The position numbers were made by a program, and so were the translations under genes. Positions 1 through 10,983 of a stretch of DNA of 64,000 bases are shown one piece after another. Positions within the stretch are counted from its first letter, which is position 1. Every line of letters begins with the position of its first letter. A model generated the notes under the pieces. That model saw nothing but the letters and a program-made list of their open reading frames with translations. It did not search any database and was not told the DNA's origin. Origin of the DNA: Acinetobacter phage ZZ1; the sequence record NC_018087.3. One strand, given 5' to 3'.

Positions 1-492
1 TAATCCTCCTTTACCGTCGGGCATATTATGTAAATTAATAGTTTTAAAATCAAGTTCATATACATAAATGCTATTGGAATTCATATTATATTTTGAATTC
101 CATTTTATTGATGAGTCATTTAACAATTCATATAATTTATTAAATCGAATTACAATTGGGTCATTTTTTAAATCGACTTTCGGGGTATATGTAAATACTT
201 TTTCTGTACCAAATGGGAAAAAGTCGATAACATGTAAACTATCGGATATATTTTGCCATTTATTAGATTCTTTGCGGTTATTTGTACCAAATAAAAATTC
301 ACTAAACCAACTCATTTTAATATCCTCAAAAATTGCTGTAATTGCATGTTTTGCAGATACGATGATCTGCATGGCCAGGTTTATTGTGATCACCACACTT
401 GTCTAATGATGATTGACATTTAGGGCATTTTCTTAAAGGTGATGAAAACTTTTTAGAACTATTACGTTTAGCTCCTTTACCATCACGATTAC

Positions 493-807
493 TCATATTT
501 CCTCAACAAAAGACCAGGCTGCGTGATATACGCTAGCGCCTTTAGTATCATTCATACAAACCATATCAACAGGACATACTACGCGATAAATCTTTGGTTC
601 ACCGCCAAATTGATTACATGCACGTCCGGCATAAACTTTAGCCAAACCAAGATCAGCAGTAAAGAACACGCGATCAAGATTTTTATTACGACCTTTTTCT
701 GATAAAGTATCAGATACAATAGGAGGTAACAACATGTTTTCAATTCCACACGCACTTGAAGAGCCGTGATAAAACACTTTAACTTCAGCAGGAAATAAAT
801 TGACCAT
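493..807 (-). CDS. hypothetical protein (104 aa)
   Basis: ORF in the minus-strand early-gene array; no recognisable motif. Confidence 0.35.
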   Translation of the reverse strand: MVNLFPAEVKVFYHGSSSACGIENMLLPPIVSDTLSEKGRNKNLDRVFFTADLGLAKVYAGRACNQFGGEPKIYRVVCPVDMVCMNDTKGASVYHAAWSFVEEI

Positions 808-1044
808 GATTGTTACCTTAATTAGTTGATGAGTTTATTATACACCAGCTTGGTTAATTAAGTACACCACTTTTTACACCCTTTTGCATGATAAACAGGT
901 TCTTGAGGTACTCCATCTTTAATTATAAACCCCATTGCAGTGATTGGCGTACCATTAACATCATTTAAGAACGCACTATGCACTTGAACTTCACCTTTAC
1001 CATGAATAGTAATTGATTGATCACATTCTGGAGTTACATATTTT

Positions 1045-1374
1045 TTAATTTGCATTTTTCAATTCTCCGCATTTATATAAAGATTGTTCAATATTTGCAT
1101 AATAACTTTCTTGGCCTGTAACGTCAACACCACCATTCATAGTAAATGCCAATGAGCGACATGTTTTTGCAAGTTCATTCGTATCGTTATATGTGACATC
1201 ACGATTTGAATTACCTTTCATACACATTTTAAAGTCTTCACGAATTTGAGCCCGATTGACAATGTTGTTTTTAACTAATACGCGATTTGAATCACCAATT
1301 TCGCATAAAGGTGTTTCAACTTGTTTTAAACACCCTGTGAATAAGATGGGTAATAAAAGAAGTACGTATTTCAT
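1045..1374 (-). CDS. putative lipoprotein (signal peptide + lipobox LFTGC)
   Basis: N-terminus MKYVLLLLPILFTGC has a hydrophobic signal and a Cys lipobox. Confidence 0.45.
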   Translation of the reverse strand: MKYVLLLLPILFTGCLKQVETPLCEIGDSNRVLVKNNIVNRAQIREDFKMCMKGNSNRDVTYNDTNELAKTCRSLAFTMNGGVDVTGQESYYANIEQSLYKCGELKNAN

Positions 1375-1640
1375 TTTTATTCATCCGCAATTAATTGAAT
1401 TGTTGTTCCAGCAGGACAGATATCCCAACCCTGAACAGACGGCCAGGTTTTAGAATGATATCCAATTTGAAAAGAGGGTTCAAATGTCTTAGCATCAGCT
1501 TGTACAACCGTGCCCTCTTGGGCTGATGTAAACAAAACTGTAATACAATGACTAGAATTAGGGTGCATACGACGTCTAGCCAATAATGGGAATTTGAGTT
1601 TTGTTGGACCATTTAATTTAAGAATACATTTCATTTCTAA

Positions 1641-1916
1641 TCACCCAAAGCTAAGATTTGAACCAGTTAAAACTGCACATAAATCAGATACGGCTTCTTC
1701 AATATTGTCATTCCAATATTCATTTTCCCATGTAATAAATGTTACATCGCCTGTGCGCGTTTGAACAAGTAAAGTAATATCTTTATACTTGATTTTAACA
1801 ACGTGCTTGTCATCGGTATGTTCCAATGTAATTTGACGCATTGAACCGTCATTAATTACCCATAATGGGCCTGGGTATTGTTGTGTAACAATCGGTGAAA
1901 TTTTGTGCTTAATCAT
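1641..1916 (-). CDS. hypothetical protein (91 aa)
   Basis: ORF in co-directional array. Confidence 0.35.
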   Translation of the reverse strand: MIKHKISPIVTQQYPGPLWVINDGSMRQITLEHTDDKHVVKIKYKDITLLVQTRTGDVTFITWENEYWNDNIEEAVSDLCAVLTGSNLSFG

Positions 1917-1932
1917 TTTAATTTCCTCAATT

Positions 1933-2325
1933 TTATTTCATTACATGAATTTCAAAGTATACTTGTTTCATATTTGTATGATCATCAAAATCTACATTAT
2001 GACGCATTACACTTACTTCAAAGCTAGCTTTACCTCGTGAATTAAAAAATTCTAAGCTAGTATTATTATTTGTTTCATAGTTAACCATACCGCCCATGTT
2101 TTTAAGTTCAGTTTTGATTTCTTCTAAACGATTTGTAATAGCATTTTGAGTAATATCGTCAATTGCCATATCAGCATTATAAATTACACCAGCAGAAATC
2201 ATACGCACTAATTTACCTGCAGTATCTCTAAGGGCACAACGTTTTTGATTTGAATCAATCACATACACAGTTTCTTTAGGACATACTTTGTTTAACTGGC
2301 TTAATACTTGGCGTTGATTTAACAT
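1933..2325 (-). CDS. hypothetical protein (130 aa)
   Basis: ORF in co-directional array. Confidence 0.35.
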   Translation of the reverse strand: MLNQRQVLSQLNKVCPKETVYVIDSNQKRCALRDTAGKLVRMISAGVIYNADMAIDDITQNAITNRLEEIKTELKNMGGMVNYETNNNTSLEFFNSRGKASFEVSVMRHNVDFDDHTNMKQVYFEIHVMK

Positions 2326-2382
2326 TTTAATTTCCTCATTTAAAATGCTTTATTGCATTTGATGTAGCCATTATAGTAAAAA

Positions 2383-2406
2383 AGGTTATGCTTGTACATA
2401 ACCTTT
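2383..2406. terminator. palindromic bidirectional terminator (TATGTACATA-core family)
   Basis: AAGGTTATGCTTGTACATAACCTT flanked by A/T runs. Confidence 0.5.
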
Positions 2407-2420
2407 TGAATAATTTTTAA

Positions 2421-2894
2421 TCATTTAAACCATTTTGGTGGATTACGTTTAGACCACTTCGCAAGATGTGCTTTCTCATTTGAATATAAGCTACGATAGT
2501 GTTTAACTGCATTTTGATAATGAATTTTGCCTGGCATAACTGCTACAAATTCAGTTAATTTATTTTTACCCACAGGAATACGTTCGATTGAATCAATAAG
2601 TTCAGGAATTAAACGCGAACTTGCATGTACTTTTCCATAACGATGCGTGTATTCGGCAAATAATTCAATAACCAAATTTAATAAGTATTCAAAATTTTGG
2701 CGAGATTCCATAACCCAAAGTACGCTTGGATGATTTTTATGTGTTGCTTTATATAAAGTTTCGCTTTCAATTCCATTTAAACGACATACCGTAGAAAGAA
2801 TTTGGCAATATTCGACACACATTTTAACAACGTGTTTATCACAATGTGCTTGTGCATTGAAAGATGGATTCACATCAAAAAGAAAAATATTCAT
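2421..2894 (-). CDS. possible DenV-like pyrimidine-dimer glycosylase (weak)
   Basis: N-terminal pattern NIFLFDVNPSFNAQAHCDKHVVKMCVEY loosely resembles the RINL..ELSDQHL.AEYRELP N-terminus of T4 endonuclease V, and the size (157 aa) is similar. Weak. Confidence 0.3.
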   Translation of the reverse strand: MNIFLFDVNPSFNAQAHCDKHVVKMCVEYCQILSTVCRLNGIESETLYKATHKNHPSVLWVMESRQNFEYLLNLVIELFAEYTHRYGKVHASSRLIPELIDSIERIPVGKNKLTEFVAVMPGKIHYQNAVKHYRSLYSNEKAHLAKWSKRNPPKWFK

Positions 2895-2904
2895 ATTAAA
2901 TTAC

Positions 2905-3447
2905 TCACTTAAATTTTGTAAATGTAATCAAACGGATTATACGGTCACATTCCGAGATTAGAAAATCAACTGCGTTCCAACGAGCGTTATTAAGCCATAT
3001 TGTACCACGTCTTGATTCATGATCAAACTCTCTTTTACCTCCAATTGGATATGCAAGTTGACCATAATGACAATTCCAACCGTCAAAAGCATCGCGAGTT
3101 TGTTTGGCTAAAGCTAATCGGTGCAAAGGAACTGCACCGCAAATACCGCGAGATAACGATACGGTATTTTCTAAGCTTTTAATATAAACGCGATATGATT
3201 TTTTATCATGTCTTACAGAGCATTCCTGTAAAATATCTTTAGCTTGAACTAAAGATACTAATTGTGTTTTAAGAGCTTCCATTTCGGCAACTGTTATACA
3301 ATCAATACCATATAACTTAATTTCCGTATTTCGCATTGTTTTTGCACGATATCGTGTATATGAACCATCATATTTTTCAATGGATTGTAAAATATAAACT
3401 TCTCCGCGGTACAAAACTTTTGTACCTAATGGTATTTTGTCATACAT
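2905..3447 (-). CDS. hypothetical protein, possible His-Me/HNH-type nuclease
   Basis: C-terminal DGWNCHYG...EFDHESRRGTIWLNNARWN is His/Asn-rich like a His-Me finger. Low confidence. Confidence 0.25.
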   Translation of the reverse strand: MYDKIPLGTKVLYRGEVYILQSIEKYDGSYTRYRAKTMRNTEIKLYGIDCITVAEMEALKTQLVSLVQAKDILQECSVRHDKKSYRVYIKSLENTVSLSRGICGAVPLHRLALAKQTRDAFDGWNCHYGQLAYPIGGKREFDHESRRGTIWLNNARWNAVDFLISECDRIIRLITFTKFK

Positions 3448-3493
3448 TTCAATTTACTCATCATTAATTGATATAATCTATAATACTAAAAAA

Positions 3494-3517
3494 CCAGGGT
3501 TATGTACATAACCCTGG
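3494..3517. terminator. palindromic bidirectional terminator (TATGTACATA-core family)
   Basis: CCAGGGTTATGTACATAACCCTGG flanked by an A-run and a T-run. Confidence 0.55.
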
Positions 3518-3681
3518 TCCTTATTTTTAACCTAAAATATTGTATTTGGTTAACAATTGATCAATAATCAAATACCATCCTATAGGAGGAAATAAAACTG
3601 CACCTAATGTCCACCAAAATCCTTTGGCGATAACAATACCTGCAATATAAACAATAAATGCAAAAAGTCTAACTAATGCGC

Positions 3682-4152
3682 TCATATTTTATCCCTTTTA
3701 CGTAAAGTGTCGATTGTGCTTAAAACATTTTCCATTGACGCTTTCATATAACGTGCCAGGCTAATGCGACGAGGGTTTAACCATAAGTTTAGTTCATCTT
3801 GCGGTCGTGTACCATATTCATTTTGTCCACCCACTGGATAAACCGGACTATATTCTGGGTTATATTCGGGCCATTCCGATATTAATTTATATTTTAATGT
3901 GCCAAATGTAATATCGGCCGCATAACATAACCCATCTTCTTTAGGTTTAATTACTAAACGACTTTCACCCAATACTACAACATGTTGATTGGTGGTTTGC
4001 AATTCATCTAAATTGTCTAAGATGACATTAATTTTACGGATTGCAATTGGTAAATATTTAACAAAATAATCCAAACGAGCTGGATCGTGATGCTGAAGAT
4101 ATTCAATGTATTCTGTTGAAGTCATTTTTTGTATATATTCAGGCATAGTCAT
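3682..4152 (-). CDS. hypothetical protein (156 aa)
   Basis: ORF; no motif recognised. Confidence 0.35.
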   Translation of the reverse strand: MTMPEYIQKMTSTEYIEYLQHHDPARLDYFVKYLPIAIRKINVILDNLDELQTTNQHVVVLGESRLVIKPKEDGLCYAADITFGTLKYKLISEWPEYNPEYSPVYPVGGQNEYGTRPQDELNLWLNPRRISLARYMKASMENVLSTIDTLRKRDKI

Positions 4153-5108
4153 AACTGATCGTCCATATGCATAATAAGTTTATCTGAATCACGAGCAAGA
4201 ATAAATTTATCAACATAAATTCCGTCATACATACGTGATACCAATTCATAATTTTCCCAAGCAAATTGCCTAAACCAACCACTTGTTATTGAAGTACAAA
4301 CTTTTTCTAAAGCCATGTCAAAGGCTTGACGAGGTTTAACATTAAAATTATTTGGGATTAACACACGTTCAATCGCAAGAACATATGCTTCTTCTAATAC
4401 ACCCAATAATTGAATTTCCCGAGGTTGTGCAAAAAATTTCTCTCTTGAGCTTTTAACTTCTTGATCATATTCCATATAATACATATATGCAGGTCTATCT
4501 AAAACTTTAACTGCATTATGAATAGAATCGTGATCATACACATATGCAAAATTTGAATTAAAGAAATCCGATTTGCTCACATTTAATTTAGGATGCGAAT
4601 AATCATAAGTTTCTTTTTCACGTAACTTTAACCATTCTTCGTCATAAACTTTTGCACCAATTTTTTGCAAATTGCGAATAGTCACCATTGTCTTTCTAAA
4701 ATGAGGTGAATTTTTAAGATAACGATGAGACCATTTCAGCATAAACAATACATCTAATGGCGCAACTTTACAAATTACTCCATTAATAGTCGTGTATTCT
4801 TTCCAATAAGAAGAAAGCAATAATAAATTTGATGTACTGGTATCATCAGTATAATCAAGAGGATGAGTAATTTCAAAAATTACTCCATCACATTTAAATG
4901 CTTTAGTATGAGTATTAAACTTTTTAGAAGTTATACTAACTAAAGGGGTTGTTTCAATTGCATTTTCTTGAATTACACTACTAATACCTTTTGCATCATA
5001 TTCATCTTGTACAATAAGATCATAATCTTTAGGCACAATATTATGCGCAATTTCCATTTTATCAAGATGGTATGCGAGTGCTGCAGAACCAATTAAAAGA
5101 GGTCTCAT
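4149..5108 (-). CDS. hypothetical protein with N-terminal Pol-beta-type nucleotidyltransferase-like motif
   Basis: MRPLLIGSAALAYH...KDYDLIV matches the GS...DxD pattern of the Pol-beta NTase fold. Confidence 0.3.
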   Translation of the reverse strand: MRPLLIGSAALAYHLDKMEIAHNIVPKDYDLIVQDEYDAKGISSVIQENAIETTPLVSITSKKFNTHTKAFKCDGVIFEITHPLDYTDDTSTSNLLLLSSYWKEYTTINGVICKVAPLDVLFMLKWSHRYLKNSPHFRKTMVTIRNLQKIGAKVYDEEWLKLREKETYDYSHPKLNVSKSDFFNSNFAYVYDHDSIHNAVKVLDRPAYMYYMEYDQEVKSSREKFFAQPREIQLLGVLEEAYVLAIERVLIPNNFNVKPRQAFDMALEKVCTSITSGWFRQFAWENYELVSRMYDGIYVDKFILARDSDKLIMHMDDQL

Positions 5109-5352
5109 TTTTTACGTCCTGTATTAATATTAAGAAGACGTTTAATGTCTTTTTGAATACGGTTCAATTCATCATAATCGGCACGGTCAGTAATACATAC
5201 CGTTGCAATACTTGGCCCAGGCCGCATGGTTTTCATTACACTTTTAATATTAGTGCGAGCCGCAATAATAAGTTGTGTTTGTAAATTATTCATGATATTT
5301 TCCTCTAAGACGTGTCAAATTATTTTAAACCAAAATACCTCTTATGTACATA

Positions 5353-5892
5353 TTATCCTGCTGCTTTGTTAATCATTTCTTCAATAATTGACACAACTTT
5401 AGGATTTTTTAACATTGTTGATGCAGTACCTTGTATTGTCATGTTAGTACCATCTTTAATGTTTAACTGTTTAGGATCACCAGCCGCTTTATCCGCAGCA
5501 ATTTCTAAATCATCTTCAGAAATAAAATATGCTTTTTTCCGATCATTTGGAGAAATTGCTACATGCGCCCCATGCAAAATTTTGTTAACAATTGCAGGAT
5601 TTACTCTATGGTATCCGGTACTAAATTTGTCAAGTGTGGCATACCACCCTTTAATTTCAAAGTTTACCGCATCTTTAAGAGTTTTACCATAGCCAAATTG
5701 ATTTTTTGCTGGGGCAATAACAAGGGTAAGAGTAAAATGTTCACCTACTGCATAACCGGGACGATCTGCATAAGAGTTGATATGTACTGCAATCTCATCG
5801 CCTGATTTTTCTGTATGCATATAATCCCGGTCTTTTTTAATTACAGTTAATTGAGGTTTAGACGCTTCATATAATTTACTAAATTTTGACAT
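5353..5892 (-). CDS. hypothetical protein (179 aa)
   Basis: ORF; no motif recognised. Confidence 0.35.
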   Translation of the reverse strand: MSKFSKLYEASKPQLTVIKKDRDYMHTEKSGDEIAVHINSYADRPGYAVGEHFTLTLVIAPAKNQFGYGKTLKDAVNFEIKGWYATLDKFSTGYHRVNPAIVNKILHGAHVAISPNDRKKAYFISEDDLEIAADKAAGDPKQLNIKDGTNMTIQGTASTMLKNPKVVSIIEEMINKAAG

Positions 5893-5957
5893 ATAATGCC
5901 TTCCAATAAAAGTGTTATTAACTATTTATGAAAATATTATAACAAATATTTTAATCG

Positions 5958-6332
5958 TTAGGTATAGAATTTTTTACAATTATCAAAAAGAATTTGTTTC
6001 CATTTAGTTTCAGTCATTTGATCTTCATCATCCCACATCATACTATCAAATCCGTATTTTAAATAATCGGCGTATGCAAATAATGGAATTTCATCATGAA
6101 TAATTTCATAAATGTTGCGTACATACTCTTCAAAATACATACGTAATATACGAAGTTCAGTTTGAAATGATACACTAGTTAGTGCACCATTATATTTTTG
6201 ATAAAGTAATTTGCATGCGATGTTTGCAAAAATTGCTCGGTCATCACGGACCTGTTCGGGTTCACAAAAAGTTCTAGTCATTGCTTGCATACCATGTAAT
6301 AGTTTTACGACCGTATTCATCGGTAACTTCAA
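5958..6332 (-). CDS. hypothetical protein (124 aa)
   Basis: ORF. Confidence 0.3.
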   Translation of the reverse strand: MKLPMNTVVKLLHGMQAMTRTFCEPEQVRDDRAIFANIACKLLYQKYNGALTSVSFQTELRILRMYFEEYVRNIYEIIHDEIPLFAYADYLKYGFDSMMWDDEDQMTETKWKQILFDNCKKFYT

Positions 6333-6540
6333 AATCTAATTCTGCCAAGTCACCATTATGTGTACGAAGATGATCATCTTCATAAATCATATCTTCGATT
6401 AGTTGTGCCTGTTCTTGGATATGAGCAAGAATTTCTTTAATCAATACAACTTTACGCCGACTTGATTTAATCTTTATTTCTTCAAGCTGATTTTGTAAAT
6501 CACGCTCGAGAATAGATGCACCCACATGTTTTTTAGGCAT
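6274..6540 (-). CDS. hypothetical protein (88 aa)
   Basis: ORF overlapping its neighbour. Confidence 0.3.
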   Translation of the reverse strand: MPKKHVGASILERDLQNQLEEIKIKSSRRKVVLIKEILAHIQEQAQLIEDMIYEDDHLRTHNGDLAELDFEVTDEYGRKTITWYASND

Positions 6541-6785
6541 TAACTATTCTCCGAAGATGCGGACCATTCACCAGTTTCATGGTCATATGTACCACCCATG
6601 CCGTATGCAGGGCCCGAAATATAAAAAGTAAGCTTATGTTTATCTGCAAAAACTTCGGCTTCTAAAACGGCTGAATTAATTGCATCTTTTAAGCGTTTAA
6701 GTTCTTTTTGCTGTTCATCATATGTCATGTCATGTTCCTCAATTGGCTATTACTCATTCTAACATAAGTAATAGCCAAAGCAAAT

Positions 6786-8270
6786 TTAAAAGGTTAAAGA
6801 TTCTGCCAATGCATCCAATTCACTTCGTGAAGCTGCTGCGACACGGTGCACTTTATCCATTTCGACAGATTTGTGTAATTCAATAGATTCTTGTGTAACA
6901 GGTACTTGATCTGCTGCACCGATACATGCTTGAATAATTTCTTCTTCACTTGGAATAATTGGAGCACTTGGACCATCTTCTTCATGCCAACGCTGATTAC
7001 CTTTCTTAACACACAAGTTAAACTTATTATTAACCATCTTATCACCGTATCGGGATTTGATTTGTTTCATAAGTTGAATACCTTGTGCTGCTAAATCTTC
7101 GGTTTCAATAACAGCTAAAATAAAATCGGCTGTGTGACTCAAGCCCGCAGATTCTGCAATATCTCCCATTGTAATATCAGAGTTATCCCACCCACCACGT
7201 GTTGTTTGTGCCGCGGTCCAAATTGGCACTTCCTCTTCAACTGCTAAAGCCCGAAGCTCTTCTGCAATTGCTTTTACTAAAGTATATGAGTTTTCACTAA
7301 ACACTTTAATGCGAGAAGATGCACAAATACCTAAGTAATCGACAACAATAATATCAGGTTTAAACCCCTTCTTTAACTTCAATTCATTTAATAATGCCTT
7401 AAATGTTAAAGCGTGCGCACCACCGATTGGATATTGCTTAATATAAAGTTGGCCAAGTACATTGGATTTTCTCCAACGTTCCATTTTACCTTTATATTCT
7501 GCATAAGATACATGACCTTCATCCAGGTCATCCATTGTAACATCTAGTAAGTTGGCATCAATACGTTTTGCTACAACTTCTTCAGCCATTTCCATGGAAA
7601 TGTATAAAACATTTTTACCCATTTGTAAATAATCGGCTGCAAGAGAACACAGACCCAATGATTTACCAACGTTTACACCCGCAAGTAAAATATTCAAAGT
7701 ACCGGTTTCAACACCACCTTTTGTAATAACATTTAACTTATTAAGTTTAAATGGTACTTTACGGGTTTTATTTTGATATGAAAGCCATCGGGCTTCGTAA
7801 TCATCCATCCAAGAATGACCGATTGATGAGTCAAAACAAATAGATAAGGCTTCTTTCATAATGTCTGGAATTGCACCAACATCAGGTAAATACTTATCTC
7901 GTTTTTCTTTTGGCTTTTCCGCATTTAATTGAATTTGGACAATGCGAGTGGTTGCATTATACATTGCAACATTTTTAACATATTGCTCTGTTTCAGGTAC
8001 TAGCCAATCATTAGATTCTTTTTCAAGTTTCAAACGATTTAATAATTCCATTGCACCCTTATATTCAGTTTCGGGCAGTTGAGAATTACCTATTGCAATA
8101 TCAAGAGCTACTTTGCTTGGAACCCCATTATAAGCATCAACATGTTTTTTAATAGAATTAAAAATAGTACGAGCGGGACCTTTTTCAAAGTACTCGTCTT
8201 TCATATATGGCCATACCCGACCAAAATATTCCTGGTTGGATATCAGTTGGCCCAAAATTACATCAATCAT
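6786..8270 (-). CDS. 41: replicative DNA helicase gp41 (DnaB-like)
   Basis: Near-colinear with T4 gp41 as I recall it (MxxIILxxLIxxQxYFxxVWPYM..., GVETGTLNxLxAGVNVGKSLGLCSLAADYLQ Walker A, ...SRYGDK...). 494 aa versus T4 475 aa. Confidence 0.9.
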   Translation of the reverse strand: MIDVILGQLISNQEYFGRVWPYMKDEYFEKGPARTIFNSIKKHVDAYNGVPSKVALDIAIGNSQLPETEYKGAMELLNRLKLEKESNDWLVPETEQYVKNVAMYNATTRIVQIQLNAEKPKEKRDKYLPDVGAIPDIMKEALSICFDSSIGHSWMDDYEARWLSYQNKTRKVPFKLNKLNVITKGGVETGTLNILLAGVNVGKSLGLCSLAADYLQMGKNVLYISMEMAEEVVAKRIDANLLDVTMDDLDEGHVSYAEYKGKMERWRKSNVLGQLYIKQYPIGGAHALTFKALLNELKLKKGFKPDIIVVDYLGICASSRIKVFSENSYTLVKAIAEELRALAVEEEVPIWTAAQTTRGGWDNSDITMGDIAESAGLSHTADFILAVIETEDLAAQGIQLMKQIKSRYGDKMVNNKFNLCVKKGNQRWHEEDGPSAPIIPSEEEIIQACIGAADQVPVTQESIELHKSVEMDKVHRVAAASRSELDALAESLTF

Positions 8271-8323
8271 AATGGCACCTCAATTAATATAAAAATTATA
8301 TCATACCCTTATAAAAAGCAAAA

Positions 8324-8337
8324 AGACCCGAAGGTCT
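8324..8337. terminator. hairpin terminator downstream of gene 41
   Basis: AGACC-cgaa-GGTCT with AAAAA/TTTT flanks. Confidence 0.5.
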
Positions 8338-8339
8338 TT

Positions 8340-8666
8340 TTAAAAGAAGAATGATTTTTTAACGCGCCGTGGATTTGGTGCAGGCTCATTTAAGGCCAAC
8401 TGAGTTAAAGCAGCTTCAACATGTTTTCCTAATTCATCTTTGCGATCCGTAGAAGGCGTACTAAAGTCTAAAGAAATACGACCTGAGACATCAACATCGC
8501 ACCCATGAATATAAACGATATGATGTGTATCGTCTTCAAGGGTGATAACCATTTCATGCTTAACATCTTTCATGGCATCTTTGATGATATCAAATGATTG
8601 ATTGAATAAGTTATCACCCGGAGTATATGTATGCGTTTCTGTTACAATTTCTGAATCTGTGCTCAT
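8340..8666 (-). CDS. hypothetical protein (108 aa)
   Basis: ORF in array downstream of gene 41. Confidence 0.35.
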   Translation of the reverse strand: MSTDSEIVTETHTYTPGDNLFNQSFDIIKDAMKDVKHEMVITLEDDTHHIVYIHGCDVDVSGRISLDFSTPSTDRKDELGKHVEAALTQLALNEPAPNPRRVKKSFFF

Positions 8667-8983
8667 TTATTTGTCCTTTTAATTGAAAACTGAATATAAG
8701 CTTTTTCATATACCACTGGGTGATCAAATTCATCATGAAAAATTACATCCAGTTGTGTTTTATTTAACTTAACAAAATGTTTTTTAATTAAGTTATACAT
8801 TTCTTTTACTTCAGATTTAGGTCGGTATTTCTCCGGCCAATTTACACCCCAATATGATAGCTCAGGGTGCAACTGAATTAAATTCAATACTTGGTGTTCG
8901 GCATTATTTAAAACTTTTTCAGCACTTTCAATAGTTATAGATTTGTCTGGCAAACCCTTTAAAACATTTTTAAAATCAATCAT
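8663..8983 (-). CDS. hypothetical protein (106 aa)
   Basis: ORF. Confidence 0.35.
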   Translation of the reverse strand: MIDFKNVLKGLPDKSITIESAEKVLNNAEHQVLNLIQLHPELSYWGVNWPEKYRPKSEVKEMYNLIKKHFVKLNKTQLDVIFHDEFDHPVVYEKAYIQFSIKRTNK

Positions 8984-9315
8984 ATTAAACGGTCCTTTCG
9001 TTCAATATAAAATTTAATGCTTGGTTCCCGGCTACGTGCAAATTGTTGGTCCGTATTAACAAACTCAATTTGCATTTGGGTTTTTCCTGTTTTTACATAG
9101 TTGTCTCGAATATATGTAAAAGCGCGGCGAAGTAAATCCGGTGGTAATTCTATAGACGGAGCCTCAATTGAAACCCATTGATTTCGTGAAATATCTGCAG
9201 TAATTTTATCTTGTAAAATCTTTTCATTGGATTCAACTAAAGCTGCAGCTATTTTTTGCAAATTCTCTGTATCGGCAATAGTTAATGCCTGTATATGTGC
9301 GTGTAAGTCGATCAT
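8980..9315 (-). CDS. hypothetical protein (111 aa)
   Basis: ORF. Confidence 0.35.
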   Translation of the reverse strand: MIDLHAHIQALTIADTENLQKIAAALVESNEKILQDKITADISRNQWVSIEAPSIELPPDLLRRAFTYIRDNYVKTGKTQMQIEFVNTDQQFARSREPSIKFYIERKDRLI

Positions 9316-9548
9316 AATAAAATACTCAAAATAATTATAAATTGAATGGATAATGTTATTGTAACACCTAATGATATATAAGCGGCTTTCTTATACCAAA
9401 GCTTACGTTTATACTCTTCACCTATACCCCACATTAAATCTGTAAAAACCTTTTCATTTTCACGTGTATCTAATGCAGAAAATGAGGCATAAGAAACTAA
9501 TGATAAAATTATGCCGAGTACGAGTATATATCCGATATTAATTAACAT
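9312..9548 (-). CDS. small membrane protein (78 aa)
   Basis: Two hydrophobic segments. Confidence 0.35.
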   Translation of the reverse strand: MLINIGYILVLGIILSLVSYASFSALDTRENEKVFTDLMWGIGEEYKRKLWYKKAAYISLGVTITLSIQFIIILSILL

Positions 9549-9859
9549 TTAAGAAGACCCTTTAAAGTTTCAATACATTTATCGAGACGTTGAAATAAAC
9601 TTTTCAAATCAACTTCACTTTCAAGAAGCTCATCTGTTGCTTTCCCTGGTACTACCGTTTCAATATGATCAATAATTATATCTGGTCCAGTGCAAGCAGG
9701 TTTCCATCCATTTGAATAAATGCGTAAGTCGGCTTGCTGAATGTGCGGATAGTATTGATAAAAACAATCAACTCCTTGATGTTGTAATTTAAAACATAAA
9801 TCCAGGATTTCATGATTTTTATCTTGAATTTGCTTAGTAACAGTCGCTCGGATATCCAT
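9542..9859 (-). CDS. hypothetical protein (105 aa)
   Basis: ORF. Confidence 0.35.
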   Translation of the reverse strand: MDIRATVTKQIQDKNHEILDLCFKLQHQGVDCFYQYYPHIQQADLRIYSNGWKPACTGPDIIIDHIETVVPGKATDELLESEVDLKSLFQRLDKCIETLKGLLKC

Positions 9860-10341
9860 TAGTATAAGTTCTCACTATAAAGAGTTCCACCTTTAGATGT
9901 GTCACCACCCACACGACATACAATTTGTTTTTGTTCGACGGCAATTTTCCATGCTTCTTGTCGATCAACAAATCGATGTTTATTTGTCAAAAAGCCTTGT
10001 ACTTCAGTGCTACGATATAAAATATCTTCACCGCTATTATGACCTACAAATGAACTATGCATAACACCACAGGCATGACGAACACCAGCAATAACAATCT
10101 TTTTACCATTGTGATCTTCATATTGATTCGCAGCGCAAACAATGCGTTCGGGTGCAATATAATCACGGCCATCTGGTAAATTATTGATATTATATGTATC
10201 TCGATACCATACTTCACTTTTTGTTACATTAATATTCGGGGCGTGGTTATCAACACTCATATTATAATATCCTACATTTGGAAGACTATCAAGAGTTTCT
10301 TTAGTAATTACATCAAGTGGGTTAGTCATAAGAAATTCCAT
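9859..10341 (-). CDS. hypothetical protein (160 aa)
   Basis: ORF. Confidence 0.35.
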   Translation of the reverse strand: MEFLMTNPLDVITKETLDSLPNVGYYNMSVDNHAPNINVTKSEVWYRDTYNINNLPDGRDYIAPERIVCAANQYEDHNGKKIVIAGVRHACGVMHSSFVGHNSGEDILYRSTEVQGFLTNKHRFVDRQEAWKIAVEQKQIVCRVGGDTSKGGTLYSENLY

Positions 10342-10690
10342 TAGATTTTAAACATGCGCCATAAGATGACGTGTAAAAAGATGATTTGATATAACCAAAT
10401 CGTAATTGTGCTTCTTGAATTGAAATTTGTCTACATGCTTCTGCAATTAATTCACGAGCACCGGCTTTCGGTTGGTTTCGAATGATTTTATCAACTTCGC
10501 GTTGCTTTTCAACAGCCACATTAATTTGACTTTGCATCCACTTGCGATGACTTGCGATATCGTCATCAAGAGCTTGTTGACGTTGATATTCTTTTTCAAT
10601 GCATTTTGTATCCCAATTATAACAACCAGGCACAGCAGCATTTACTGAAGTTAATGTGCATACACTCAAAATTAAAATAAGATTTTTCAT
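10322..10690 (-). CDS. secreted protein (N-terminal signal peptide)
   Basis: N-terminus MKNLILILSVCTLTSVNAA is a signal peptide. Confidence 0.4.
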   Translation of the reverse strand: MKNLILILSVCTLTSVNAAVPGCYNWDTKCIEKEYQRQQALDDDIASHRKWMQSQINVAVEKQREVDKIIRNQPKAGARELIAEACRQISIQEAQLRFGYIKSSFYTSSYGACLKSNGISYD

Positions 10691-10983
10691 TAGATTACTC
10701 CAATCATACTTGCAATTACAGCAAGTTCACCGGCACCAATGATGAAAACTAAAAACATTAAAAATATAGCAAATGCGATTGATTTTAATGTATTAGCAAG
10801 GCCAATTGAAATTGCAGAAACAATAAATGCAATAATTGTGGTAAGACCCATTGTAACAAAGCCAAGTAAATTTAAAATAAGACTTGTTAAAATTATGCCT
10901 GTTGACCGTTTATAATACACTACCATAACAGTTGGAAAAAATGATAAAAATAACCCAACTAATGCTGCTAAAATAAGACTCAT
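10690..10983 (-). CDS. small integral membrane protein (97 aa)
   Basis: Almost entirely hydrophobic. Confidence 0.4.
   Translation of the reverse strand: MSLILAALVGLFLSFFPTVMVVYYKRSTGIILTSLILNLLGFVTMGLTTIIAFIVSAISIGLANTLKSIAFAIFLMFLVFIIGAGELAVIASMIGVI

Noticed and set aside
68-406. Plus-strand ORF 68-406 (112 aa) at the window start
   Set aside because: It is oppositely oriented to the whole minus-strand early array and is Phe/Ile/Asn-rich low-complexity. It is more likely antisense to minus-strand coding (a small Cys/His ORF reads leftward from ~496). Not called.
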